This document shows positions 38,943 through 48,228 of a stretch of DNA of 64,000 bases, piece after piece; within the stretch, counting starts at the first letter, position 1, and every line of letters starts with the position of its first letter. Under the pieces are notes generated by a model. It saw only the letters and a program-made list of their open reading frames with translations, had not been told where the DNA came from and searched no databases. This DNA comes from Promethearchaeia archaeon (GTDB taxonomy: Archaea; Asgardarchaeota; Lokiarchaeia; Sigyniarchaeales; SOKP01): assembly GCA_029856145.1 (NCBI GenBank), contig JAHQWK010000001.1, positions 320,001-384,000 on the forward strand, written 5' to 3'. The position numbers and the translations under genes are program-made.

Positions 38943-39908
38943 ATGGATTACTACAAATTCGAAAGCTTCGATATTACACCGTTAGTAGAAGAACATCAAG
39001 GAAAAAGACTAGAAGATTTGTATCAAAATCATCGTATTATTAAAAATGACATGGGTGAATTCATTGAATTTTTCTGGGAACAAGGAGATATTCCAAATGA
39101 TATAAATTTATTTAAAACACAGAAAAAATTGTTGTATAACCTTAAAACGGTAAATTATATTGGAGAATTCATTGAGGAAAAATTAAAAAAGAGAGGAGTA
39201 AAAACTCTAACAGATTTAAAATTTAATTTAAATTTTAGTGGTTCAGCTAATCAAATTTTAAACTTAATAAAAAATAAGGATTATAAAACTCTAACAAAAA
39301 ATAGATATATTAACGATTTAGATGTGAGTTTTTGCTTTAATATCGAAGATTTCTTATTTTTAGACATCGAAACCTTAGGTATAATTGATAGCCCTGTCAT
39401 TATAGTGGGAATTGGCTTTTTTAAGAATGAAAAATTTAAAATCCACATATTTTTCACAAGAAAACTTGAAGAAGAAATAGCAATTTATGAGCATCTTAGA
39501 ACTGAAATATTCCCGAATTTTAAATGTTTCATTACTTATAATGGGAAAACTTTTGATATACCATATTTGGCAAATCGATTTTTATATTTTTTTGATAAAA
39601 ATCCGATGCTTTCAGAGGATGATCCACCATATGAAAAATGTAATACAAAGTTTCATCATATTGATTTATATCATCATTGTCGCCGCTTATTTAAAGGAAT
39701 ATTCAATACATATTCCTTAACAAATATGGAAGAAAAATTGTTGAATTGGACAAGAGAAAATACACTGCCAAGTAATCTCGTTGGTCTTTGTTATCGAAAA
39801 TATAATGAAAATGCTGAAAGATATATTGGATTAATAAAGGAAATCATTGAGCATAATTTTTATGATATTTATTCAATGCCATTAATTCTAAAAACACTTT
39901 TAATTTAA
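38943..39908 (+). CDS. YprB-like RNase H-fold (DEDD) 3'-5' exonuclease
   Basis: FLDIETLG, TYNGKTFDIPYL, HIDL, HN.YD. Confidence 0.85.
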   Translation: MDYYKFESFDITPLVEEHQGKRLEDLYQNHRIIKNDMGEFIEFFWEQGDIPNDINLFKTQKKLLYNLKTVNYIGEFIEEKLKKRGVKTLTDLKFNLNFSGSANQILNLIKNKDYKTLTKNRYINDLDVSFCFNIEDFLFLDIETLGIIDSPVIIVGIGFFKNEKFKIHIFFTRKLEEEIAIYEHLRTEIFPNFKCFITYNGKTFDIPYLANRFLYFFDKNPMLSEDDPPYEKCNTKFHHIDLYHHCRRLFKGIFNTYSLTNMEEKLLNWTRENTLPSNLVGLCYRKYNENAERYIGLIKEIIEHNFYDIYSMPLILKTLLI

Positions 39909-39936
39909 AAAGAAAAGAAGTATTTTTTTTTTCAAA

Positions 39937-40317
39937 TTAGGTATTTAAAAACCGTTCAATCGTTCTATAGAGATCCTCATCTTTGAATGGTTTCTTTATG
40001 TATTCTTTTGCTCCTTTCCCTAAAGCATCAGTTATTGTGAGCTCTTGTCCCATTGCACTTACTACAACAATTTTAGCTTTATTATCAATCTTTATGATTT
40101 CTTCAATGGCTTTTATTCCATCTGACTTTGGCATTATAAGATCCATAGTCACTAAATCTGGTTTTAATTCCTTGTATAGTGTTATAGCTTCATCTCCATT
40201 TAAAGCTTCACCTATGACGTCGGCATTTTCAATCTTTTCAACTACTTTTTTAATCCTATTTCTGATAAATTCGGCATCATCGACAATTAATACTTTTTTC
40301 TTCCCAGATTTTGGCAT
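39937..40317 (-). CDS. Single-domain response regulator (CheY-like)
   Basis: IVDD, PDLVTMDLIMP (phosphoacceptor Asp), VSA, KPF. Confidence 0.9.
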   Translation of the reverse strand: MPKSGKKKVLIVDDAEFIRNRIKKVVEKIENADVIGEALNGDEAITLYKELKPDLVTMDLIMPKSDGIKAIEEIIKIDNKAKIVVVSAMGQELTITDALGKGAKEYIKKPFKDEDLYRTIERFLNT

Positions 40318-40511
40318 CTTTAAACTTCCATTTTTGATTCAAAAATTAATAGTACTTATATATGAACTTAATTTTTTATTTTAAATCTTTACATTTCGAA
40401 AAGATCTGTATTATCCACACGAAAAACTGAATTTTTAAAATTCTCTTATTATGTATTTCAGTATTTTAGAAATATTAGGCAAAATTAATTTAATCTTAAA
40501 AATTCTTTAAA

Positions 40512-42206
40512 ATGATAAATATGGAAGTTTTGGATAAAAAATTATTTGATCAATCATGGAATTTTAAGAACAGAGATAAAATTATTCACAAATTCAAAGA
40601 AACTAATTATGATATTTTAGTTATTGGAGCGGGTATTACAGGAGCTGGAGTTGCAAGAGAAGCTTCTATGAGAGGTTTGAAGGTTGCATGCGTTGATATG
40701 CAGGATTTTGGGGCAGGGACATCCTCAAGGAGTTCAAAACTAGCTCACGGAGGTATACGATACTTAGCTCACGGTGATATGGATTTAGTTAGAGAATCTT
40801 CAACGGAAAGAAATTGGATGCGAGCACATATTCCCCATTTAATAAGACCAATTCCATTTCTATTTGTTGCTTTAGAAAGTGGAAAATATAAAAAACGAGA
40901 TATAGTAGGTGCTTGTAAAATTTATGACTTTTTAAGTGACGACAAATCCGAATTTAAAAATTATAAAAAATATAAGTGGTATTCTCCAGAAGAAATCTTT
41001 GAAATGGAACCTGAATTTATTAGAGAAGGAAATAAAGGTGGAGCAGTATATTACGATAATAATGTAGATGACGCAAGATTAACTATTGAAGTTCTTAAAG
41101 AAGCAGTAATTAGGGGAGCAGATGCATTAAATTATTGTAAAGTTATAGGTTTTATTAAGGATAATGGAAAAATTATTGGTATAAAGTGTAATGATTTAGA
41201 AAAGGATAGTAACTTTGAAATTAGAGCGACATTAATCATAAATGCAACTGGTGTATGGACTGATCAATTATTAGAAAACTATCCCGATGATATTCCAAAA
41301 CCTCTTATCCGTCCAACCAAGGGAGTACACCTACAGTTCAAACGTAAAGACGTAAAAAATAAAATGGCTACAATTATTCGCTCCATTACAGATGATCGCG
41401 CTTTTTTCGTATTACCACGAAATGAAAAATTTACAATTATAGGGACTACAGATACGGATTATAAGGAAGATTTAGCTAATCCGTTTTGCGATAAAGAAGA
41501 TGCTGATTATTTAATTGAATCAGTTAAACACTATTTCCCTAAAGTAGAATTAGATTATGATAAAATTATTTCTGCTTATGCGGGATTAAGACCTTTAATT
41601 ATGCAAAAAGGCAAATCTGAAAGTGAAATTTCTCGAAAACACATAATCTTTTTCTCAGGTGATGGTTTGTTAACAATCACTGGTGGAAAATTAACAGCCT
41701 GGAGGAGTATGGCCGATGATTTATTTAAAAAAGTTGAAGAAAGAGAATTGTTTCCAGATATTGGGAGAAAGAAAGAATTTTCAAAACAGAAATTTATTAT
41801 AAGTTTAGAAAAAGAAGAATGGTTAGATATATTTGATAAATCAAAGATAGGATTAGAAAGTGATATTGCTGAGCTTATATATCAACAATATGGTAAAGGT
41901 GCTATTAAAATCCTTGAAATGATAAAAGATGATGACTCATTGAAAGAAAAAATCATTAAAGACAATGATTTCATAAGAGCCGAAATTCTCTACTGTTTAA
42001 GATACGAACCGACTCCTCATTTAATTGATGTTTTTTGTAGACGAACTGAAATGTCTCTATGGATAGATCACAAAATAACTTTAAAGGCAGCTAGAAAGGT
42101 TGCCGAAATCATGGCAGATGAATACTCTTGGAACGAAAATAAAAAAAATCAAGAAATTGAGTTATATATGGATTACATTAAAAAAACAGTCTCATTTATT
42201 ACCTAA
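40512..42206 (+). CDS. glpD: FAD-dependent glycerol-3-phosphate dehydrogenase/oxidase
   Basis: IGAGITG, GTSSRSSKLAHGGIRYL, DDARL, KGVH, IGTTD, AGLRPL, GGKLT, RRT. Confidence 0.9.
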   Translation: MINMEVLDKKLFDQSWNFKNRDKIIHKFKETNYDILVIGAGITGAGVAREASMRGLKVACVDMQDFGAGTSSRSSKLAHGGIRYLAHGDMDLVRESSTERNWMRAHIPHLIRPIPFLFVALESGKYKKRDIVGACKIYDFLSDDKSEFKNYKKYKWYSPEEIFEMEPEFIREGNKGGAVYYDNNVDDARLTIEVLKEAVIRGADALNYCKVIGFIKDNGKIIGIKCNDLEKDSNFEIRATLIINATGVWTDQLLENYPDDIPKPLIRPTKGVHLQFKRKDVKNKMATIIRSITDDRAFFVLPRNEKFTIIGTTDTDYKEDLANPFCDKEDADYLIESVKHYFPKVELDYDKIISAYAGLRPLIMQKGKSESEISRKHIIFFSGDGLLTITGGKLTAWRSMADDLFKKVEERELFPDIGRKKEFSKQKFIISLEKEEWLDIFDKSKIGLESDIAELIYQQYGKGAIKILEMIKDDDSLKEKIIKDNDFIRAEILYCLRYEPTPHLIDVFCRRTEMSLWIDHKITLKAARKVAEIMADEYSWNENKKNQEIELYMDYIKKTVSFIT

Positions 42207-42322
42207 TCCTTTCAAACTTTATTTTTTAATTATTGGACTCCATTAGAATTTAATAACAAAATAAATATATAATAACAAAATAAATTCAACATAAACTTAT
42301 CAAATTAAAGGAGTGAAATTTC

Positions 42323-42970
42323 GTGATTTTTCAAACATTTTTGGAACTCTTAGGACAAATGGCTGGGTTCTTTGTTTTGATCTTGGGAATTATGTGGTTA
42401 ATTTTCGGTGTGTACGAAGCAAAGAGAAGGGGGTCTGTAAAAAAGAGGAAGACGGAGGATTGGGATATGAAAGTAACAAAATTTCTTAAAGTTCTAACTT
42501 ATTTGGGTATTGTTCTTGGTATCTTTTGCATAATAAGCGGTGTTAGTGGATTAATGTATAACGTACCACCAAGTATAGCCTTTCTGAGTGGAGAAGTTAG
42601 TATTTTTACATCTGCGTTACTGATTATTTTTGGAATTCTTACACTTTTAAAACCCTTAAATGACCTTCCGATTGCAAGTGTGGTTGGGCTCTTAGCAGGA
42701 AGTGCTGTAGTAGCAGTTCTTGTAATGGTAATGCCCGCAGAAGCTTATGTAGTCATTGGATTATTTATGAACCCCACAGTATTTTTTGTTATATTATTTA
42801 TAATCATCTTTGCGATTATTGCTCTCACAGCAAAATTTTATATTGGAGGGTTAATGAAAATTTCAAAATTTATATCATGGCCTCCTATAGCCTTCATAGT
42901 TGCTGGATTCTGCTTAATTCAAGGATTCTTAGTCTTAGTGTTCGGAGTTTCAATAGGTTATCTGTTCTAA
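42323..42970 (+). CDS. Integral membrane protein of unknown function (~6 TM)
   Basis: Multiple long hydrophobic stretches; AGGAG RBS upstream of the GTG. Confidence 0.75.
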   Translation: MIFQTFLELLGQMAGFFVLILGIMWLIFGVYEAKRRGSVKKRKTEDWDMKVTKFLKVLTYLGIVLGIFCIISGVSGLMYNVPPSIAFLSGEVSIFTSALLIIFGILTLLKPLNDLPIASVVGLLAGSAVVAVLVMVMPAEAYVVIGLFMNPTVFFVILFIIIFAIIALTAKFYIGGLMKISKFISWPPIAFIVAGFCLIQGFLVLVFGVSIGYLF

Positions 42971-43031
42971 ATCTTTCTTTTTTTTATTATTTTTAATACA
43001 AACAAAATTGAATTCTAAAGGGTTAATCAAT

Positions 43032-44144
43032 TTAGAAGAAGACAAATCTGTGTGAAGGGTGTTTATTAATTTCACCAACAATATCATTATTTAATTCATA
43101 AGAGCAATTAGGACATTTTTTTTCATCAGTTACATCGATCTTTTTGAAACTATAACCCCTTCTTTCCAGTAATAAATGATTACAATTTGGACAATAAGTA
43201 TTACCTCCCTTCTCATGAGCTATGTTTCCTACATATGGAAAATATAAACCTGTTTTTTTAGCAATGTCAGATGCCATATCTAATGTTTCATAAGGAGTAC
43301 GTTTCCTTGATGGCATTTTGAAATCAGGATGATATGCAGAAAAGTGAGTTGGAGTATTTTTCCCTAAATCTTCAACAATCCAATCACATAATTTTTGAAT
43401 ATCTTCCTTACTGTCATTTAAATCCGGTATGATTAAGTTAGTGATTTCTACATGAATACCATTAGATTTAAATCGTTTAGCCGTGTCTAAAACAGGCTGA
43501 ACAGATTTAACTCCACATATTTTTTTATAAAAATCATCAGTCATTGCTTTAATATCGATATTTGCAGCATCGATTCCTACTTCAATCAGTTCTTTTGTCG
43601 CTTCTGGAGTAGAATATCCATTCGTTACTAAGATCGTTTTGATATTATGTTTTTTTAGAAGAGGTACTGTGTCCATAATCCATTCGTGCCATATTAATGG
43701 CTCATTATAGGTATAAGCAAGAGTTTTTGCTCCACTCTTCACTACTCTCTTTTCTAATTGCTCTGGAGTCATTTCAACTAACGACATTCCACGACCTTCA
43801 TAACCTTTAAGGTCATAAAATCCATTTTTTCCATTATCTGTTGGATTTGCCTGTGATATATTCCAATTCTGGCAATTTTGGCACTTAAAGGAACATCCTA
43901 TTGATGCAATTGAGTATGCGGTAGCACCTGGCCAGAAATTATAAAGAGGTTTTTTCTCAATAGGATCTAAACTACCTGAAGAGATCATTGAACCATAAAT
44001 TAAGGTGTATAGTTCTCCATTAAAATTCTTTCTTGTTCTACATATTCCCACCTTATCTGGTAGGATGATACACTCATTAGCGCACACATGGCAATTAACC
44101 TTATTATCATCAAGTTTATCAAATAATCTTGCTTTAAGTTTCAT
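43032..44144 (-). CDS. amrS: AmmeMemoRadiSam system radical SAM enzyme
   Basis: N-terminal CHVC...C...G.C..R, DPIEKKPLY.F.PG, CSFKCQNCQN (CxxxCxxC), YTYNEP, C-terminal CPNC pairs. Confidence 0.92.
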   Translation of the reverse strand: MKLKARLFDKLDDNKVNCHVCANECIILPDKVGICRTRKNFNGELYTLIYGSMISSGSLDPIEKKPLYNFWPGATAYSIASIGCSFKCQNCQNWNISQANPTDNGKNGFYDLKGYEGRGMSLVEMTPEQLEKRVVKSGAKTLAYTYNEPLIWHEWIMDTVPLLKKHNIKTILVTNGYSTPEATKELIEVGIDAANIDIKAMTDDFYKKICGVKSVQPVLDTAKRFKSNGIHVEITNLIIPDLNDSKEDIQKLCDWIVEDLGKNTPTHFSAYHPDFKMPSRKRTPYETLDMASDIAKKTGLYFPYVGNIAHEKGGNTYCPNCNHLLLERRGYSFKKIDVTDEKKCPNCSYELNNDIVGEINKHPSHRFVFF

Positions 44145-44266
44145 ACATATTACCTTGGTAAATTAATAATTTGCTTATTGTATCACTAGATATATAATAG
44201 ATATGAGATTTTATATTTCTTATACATTGAAATTGTAATATTCATATAAAAAAGGAGTTATTCGAA

Positions 44267-44701
44267 ATGTCTGGAATAGATAAAGCAATTTCTTCCTTTA
44301 GAGGAGATTTTAATTGTGCTCAATCAATATTGAGTTCTTATGCCACTCAATATGGGCTAGATCGAGATACAGCTCTAAGATTAGCAACAGGATTTGGAGG
44401 GGGAATGGGTCGATTACAAAATACATGTGGTGCTGTGTCTGGAGCTTTTATGGCGATTAGTTTAAAATATGGTATGGGAATAAATGGCGATAAAGAAGCG
44501 AGAGAAAAGACGTATCAAGTTATAAGAGAATTTTCAAATCGTTTTCAAGAAATTCATAGATCATTAATCTGTAGGGAATTGTTGGGTTGTGATATTAATA
44601 CACCTGAAGGAAAAGACTTCTATGATCGAAATGATTTTTTTGAAAAGAAATGCTTTCAATATGTAAAGGATTCAGCAAAGATTTTAGAACAAATATTATA
44701 A
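44267..44701 (+). CDS. C_GCAxxG_C_C family putative redox protein
   Basis: FNCAQS, GFGGGMG, TCGAVSG, CRELLG, KC. Confidence 0.9.
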   Translation: MSGIDKAISSFRGDFNCAQSILSSYATQYGLDRDTALRLATGFGGGMGRLQNTCGAVSGAFMAISLKYGMGINGDKEAREKTYQVIREFSNRFQEIHRSLICRELLGCDINTPEGKDFYDRNDFFEKKCFQYVKDSAKILEQIL

Positions 44702-44741
44702 ATGGATTAAATAAAGCAGATATAATTTGCACTTAGTTTTT

Positions 44742-45659
44742 ATGACAGAGAAGGAAACACAGCTTAAAAAAGAGGAATTACTAAGTTTATTAAATAATAA
44801 ACTGGAAAATTTAAAAAATATAGAAGAAATTGGTAAAAATTTAAACTATATTAAAGAATTAGGTGATATTGCCCTAATCCAACTACAATTGGAAAAATTT
44901 AGAGACTCAGAAAAAAATTATCTAATCTGTTTAAACCATTTTAAAAAACAAAAAGACAGGTTAGGTCAAGCCGCTGTTTATGGTGTGCTAGGTACTTTAT
45001 ATTTTAAAGAAGGTGATTATGAAAAATCTACTGAATCTTATGAAAAAGCATGTAGTATTTATGAGGAATTAAAACAAGTTCAAGAACAAATTACTTGTTT
45101 AATAGGAATAGGAAATAATTATGTTAAATTGAATAGATTTGATGAGGCTTGCGATATTTTTTTGGATTGTAGCGCAATTTGTTCAGATAATAATGATATT
45201 TATAATTTACTAGATTGTTTAGGAAATTTAATTTACATTCATGAAACTGATGAAAGATGGGATGTTGTTTTTGAACTTTACAAAAAAACATTAAAAGCGT
45301 TTAAAGAAATTAAAGATGATAAAGGAAAAATCACTTCATATTTTAATTTGGGAATCCTCCAAAAGAAAAATAACTCTCTTGAAGAAGCTCTCAGATACTT
45401 TAAAAAGGGAACTAATGTGGCAATTGATAGGAACTACGCAGAACTAATAATCCGTGGACTTAGCTACGTCGCTGAAACACTATTTTATTTGGGAGAAATT
45501 AAAGAAGCTAAAAATCAATTTATAAAAGCTCTACATATTGCTAAGAGTGTTAATGCTAAAAATGCAATTGTTCAACTCCGAATTCTTTTACTATCACTAG
45601 GTTTGCAAGATCAGCATATAAATGAAGAGCTTAAAGAGTTTGAAAAAACCCAAAAATGA
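44742..45659 (+). CDS. Tetratricopeptide repeat protein
   Basis: ~40-aa repeats of LG.LY...G.Y..S...Y..A; ATG at 44742 preferred. Confidence 0.85.
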   Translation: MTEKETQLKKEELLSLLNNKLENLKNIEEIGKNLNYIKELGDIALIQLQLEKFRDSEKNYLICLNHFKKQKDRLGQAAVYGVLGTLYFKEGDYEKSTESYEKACSIYEELKQVQEQITCLIGIGNNYVKLNRFDEACDIFLDCSAICSDNNDIYNLLDCLGNLIYIHETDERWDVVFELYKKTLKAFKEIKDDKGKITSYFNLGILQKKNNSLEEALRYFKKGTNVAIDRNYAELIIRGLSYVAETLFYLGEIKEAKNQFIKALHIAKSVNAKNAIVQLRILLLSLGLQDQHINEELKEFEKTQK

Positions 45660-45713
45660 ATTTACTTTAATAAAGAAAAAAAAATAGTTTTAACAAAAAT
45701 AACCCTGTTACTT

Positions 45714-45860
45714 TTATTTATGACTTTTATAATCCTTATTATTAGCGTTCCTTAAAGATTTTTCACCACATTTGTCGCAGAAGTCGTGTAATGTGTGTGA
45801 AAATTCATTACAATCGTTACAAATGTAAGGAAATGTTTTTTTAAATAATTTAAAGTCCAA
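45714..45860 (-). CDS. Small zinc-ribbon protein (48 aa), not in the ORF track
   Basis: TTG start preceded by GTGA; MDFKLFKKTFPYICNDCNEFSHTLHDFCDKCGEKSLRNANNKDYKSHK* (CxxC-x10-CxxC). Confidence 0.75.
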   Translation of the reverse strand: MDFKLFKKTFPYICNDCNEFSHTLHDFCDKCGEKSLRNANNKDYKSHK

Positions 45861-46089
45861 TATACATCACTTTTCTTAATATCTTATTCTAATTGAGAAA
45901 TGATATTGATCCTTTTTATTGCTTATTCTTTAAAAAACTAAGTGTCGGGGTTTCTTGAAATATAGAAAAGAATTGTTCATTTTTTAAATAGATAAAAATA
46001 GTAGTTTTATTTTCAGTCATTAATTATAAATAACGTTATTTTCATTTTTAATTTAAAAGTCTTTAATATTGACAAGTGTTTTTACACTT

Positions 46090-47511
46090 ATGAAAACATG
46101 CCCATATTGTAAAAATCCTATTCAGGAAGATTGGTCTTATTGTAGGAATTGTAACAATCCCTTAGTCGTAAATCTGGAGGATGCTTTATATAGAAACGTG
46201 AGATTTTCTTATGATGAACCTGAGATTTATCATCTAGATCTGGAAGAGGAAAATAGTGAATATGAGACAACTATTATAAAGGACGAAGATATAGATCAAA
46301 AAATAAAGAAAATTGATGAAACTTTAGAGCGTAAAGAAATTCTTGGAGAATCAATACCTGGCTCATTATTATTAGAAAAATCAGGTTTATACTATAAAAA
46401 GAGAGATTTGCCAAATGCATTAAAAAACCTTGAATTAGCGTTAAAAAACTTTAAAGAGGAAAATGATCTACTTAATGAAGCTATCTGTCATAATGAGTTA
46501 GGTATAATTCAAGAGGATAATGGACTTTTTGACCAGGCAATTTATCACTTTAATAGATCTCTTGAAATTCTAGAGGAATTAGATGATAAACCTAAAATTA
46601 TCAAAATTTTCAACAATTTAGGAAATATTTATTTCTTATTTAAAGATTTAGAACATTCATATAAATATTATCAAAAAGCATTTAAGCTTTCTAAACAAGA
46701 AAAATTAATCTTTGAAGAAATAAAATCCTCAAGTAATTTGGTAGAAGTTCTTTATTTATTAAAGGACTATGATCGAATTAAAAAAATATTGGAAAGGAAT
46801 ATAGACTTCTTTAAAGAAAAAGAGGATATATATGGAATTATTCAAACAGAGATAAAATATGGAAAATTATATTATTTAATGGATGAAAATTATGATGAAT
46901 CATACCATCATTTAACAAAAGCATTAGAATTAATTAATACAATAAGGGAAAATATATCAATTTATATTAAAGGTAAACTTGAATGGGAATGTTATCTATA
47001 TCTTGGAAAAATTTATCATTTACAAGATAATAATTCTAAAGCTGAAAATTTATATCTACAAAGTCTAGAGGCTGTACGCGTTTTTGAAATTAGTGATAGT
47101 ATTAAAGAGGGTGCGATATTAGAAAACTTAGCAGAATTATATCTATCAAAGGGGGATATAAAAAAAGCAATTGAATATTATGATTTATCTCGTGAGATTT
47201 TTTATAAATTTGGTGATAGTAATAAAAATGCAGAGCTCAAATTTAAAATCGGAAAAATATATTTGGAATATGAAGAGGATACAACAAAAGCCATAGATTT
47301 TTTCGAAGAAGCATTAGAAATTTATGAAGATTTAGAATATTTTAAAGAAAGTGCTATAATCCTCCACAAATTAGGTGATATTCACCTTCATAAAAGAATG
47401 ACTGAAACCGCTATTTCATATTTCGAGAGAGCTCGTACCTATTATCAAAACATCCAAGATGAATATAATATGAATTTATTAACTGAAAAAATAAAATCAT
47501 TGAATATTTAG
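46090..47511 (+). CDS. N-terminal zinc ribbon + TPR repeat protein
   Basis: CPYC...WSYCRNC, acidic linker, then many TPRs (NELG, NNLGNIY, LG.IY); ATG at 46090 preferred. Confidence 0.87.
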   Translation: MKTCPYCKNPIQEDWSYCRNCNNPLVVNLEDALYRNVRFSYDEPEIYHLDLEEENSEYETTIIKDEDIDQKIKKIDETLERKEILGESIPGSLLLEKSGLYYKKRDLPNALKNLELALKNFKEENDLLNEAICHNELGIIQEDNGLFDQAIYHFNRSLEILEELDDKPKIIKIFNNLGNIYFLFKDLEHSYKYYQKAFKLSKQEKLIFEEIKSSSNLVEVLYLLKDYDRIKKILERNIDFFKEKEDIYGIIQTEIKYGKLYYLMDENYDESYHHLTKALELINTIRENISIYIKGKLEWECYLYLGKIYHLQDNNSKAENLYLQSLEAVRVFEISDSIKEGAILENLAELYLSKGDIKKAIEYYDLSREIFYKFGDSNKNAELKFKIGKIYLEYEEDTTKAIDFFEEALEIYEDLEYFKESAIILHKLGDIHLHKRMTETAISYFERARTYYQNIQDEYNMNLLTEKIKSLNI

Positions 47512-47517
47512 AATTTA

Positions 47518-48204
47518 TTACTCAGTATTGTAAATCTCAAAATCTTCCTTCTTGTATATCTTTGTATCATATTCTTCAAAACCTATCCCTTTTATAAATA
47601 AATATGATACTTTATTATCTCTATATACTTCACACCTAATTTCTTTCACATTTGGATATTGCTCTTTCAGATATTGCCAACTTGCCATCCCTAGAACTGA
47701 ACCAACACCTCTTCTTTGAAATCTAGGGATAACTGCTAAAGCAGCTATAATAGCATATTCATTATTTTCACCTTCAAAATCAAGAAGAAGAAAAGCAGCA
47801 TCTACTCCATATACTTTTCCGATGAGAAAAACTGTTTCAGGATATTCAAGAATTTTTTTTAAGTCCGTTTTAGTTATAGGGCGGAATGGAGTGTTTGAAG
47901 TCAACCAAGCGCGATTATAGATATTTTTTAAACTATCAAGGTCTTCTTTGTTAGCTTCTCTAATCTTAGCTTTAACAATACTATGTTCTATTTTATCCTT
48001 TAATTTATTTTCAAATTCTTTTGTAATTTTCTCGACAGAAAGTCTCATTTGGATATAAACCATACCATCTTGATAAAGATCCTCTACTTCCTTATCAACT
48101 TCTGCTTTTTGTTTTTTCTTTGTTTCAATGGATAAAAAGAAGGCTCTTATCTTTCTTTTTTTCAGATCAAATCTTTTCTTACGCTCTAATTTTGGTTGTG
48201 ACAT
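47518..48204 (-). CDS. GNAT acetyltransferase with basic N-terminal extension
   Basis: IREA, LAVIPRFQRRGVG, N..S..F....GF. Confidence 0.85.
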   Translation of the reverse strand: MSQPKLERKKRFDLKKRKIRAFFLSIETKKKQKAEVDKEVEDLYQDGMVYIQMRLSVEKITKEFENKLKDKIEHSIVKAKIREANKEDLDSLKNIYNRAWLTSNTPFRPITKTDLKKILEYPETVFLIGKVYGVDAAFLLLDFEGENNEYAIIAALAVIPRFQRRGVGSVLGMASWQYLKEQYPNVKEIRCEVYRDNKVSYLFIKGIGFEEYDTKIYKKEDFEIYNTE

Positions 48205-48228
48205 GATTAAAAGGAGAAATATGTGGTT

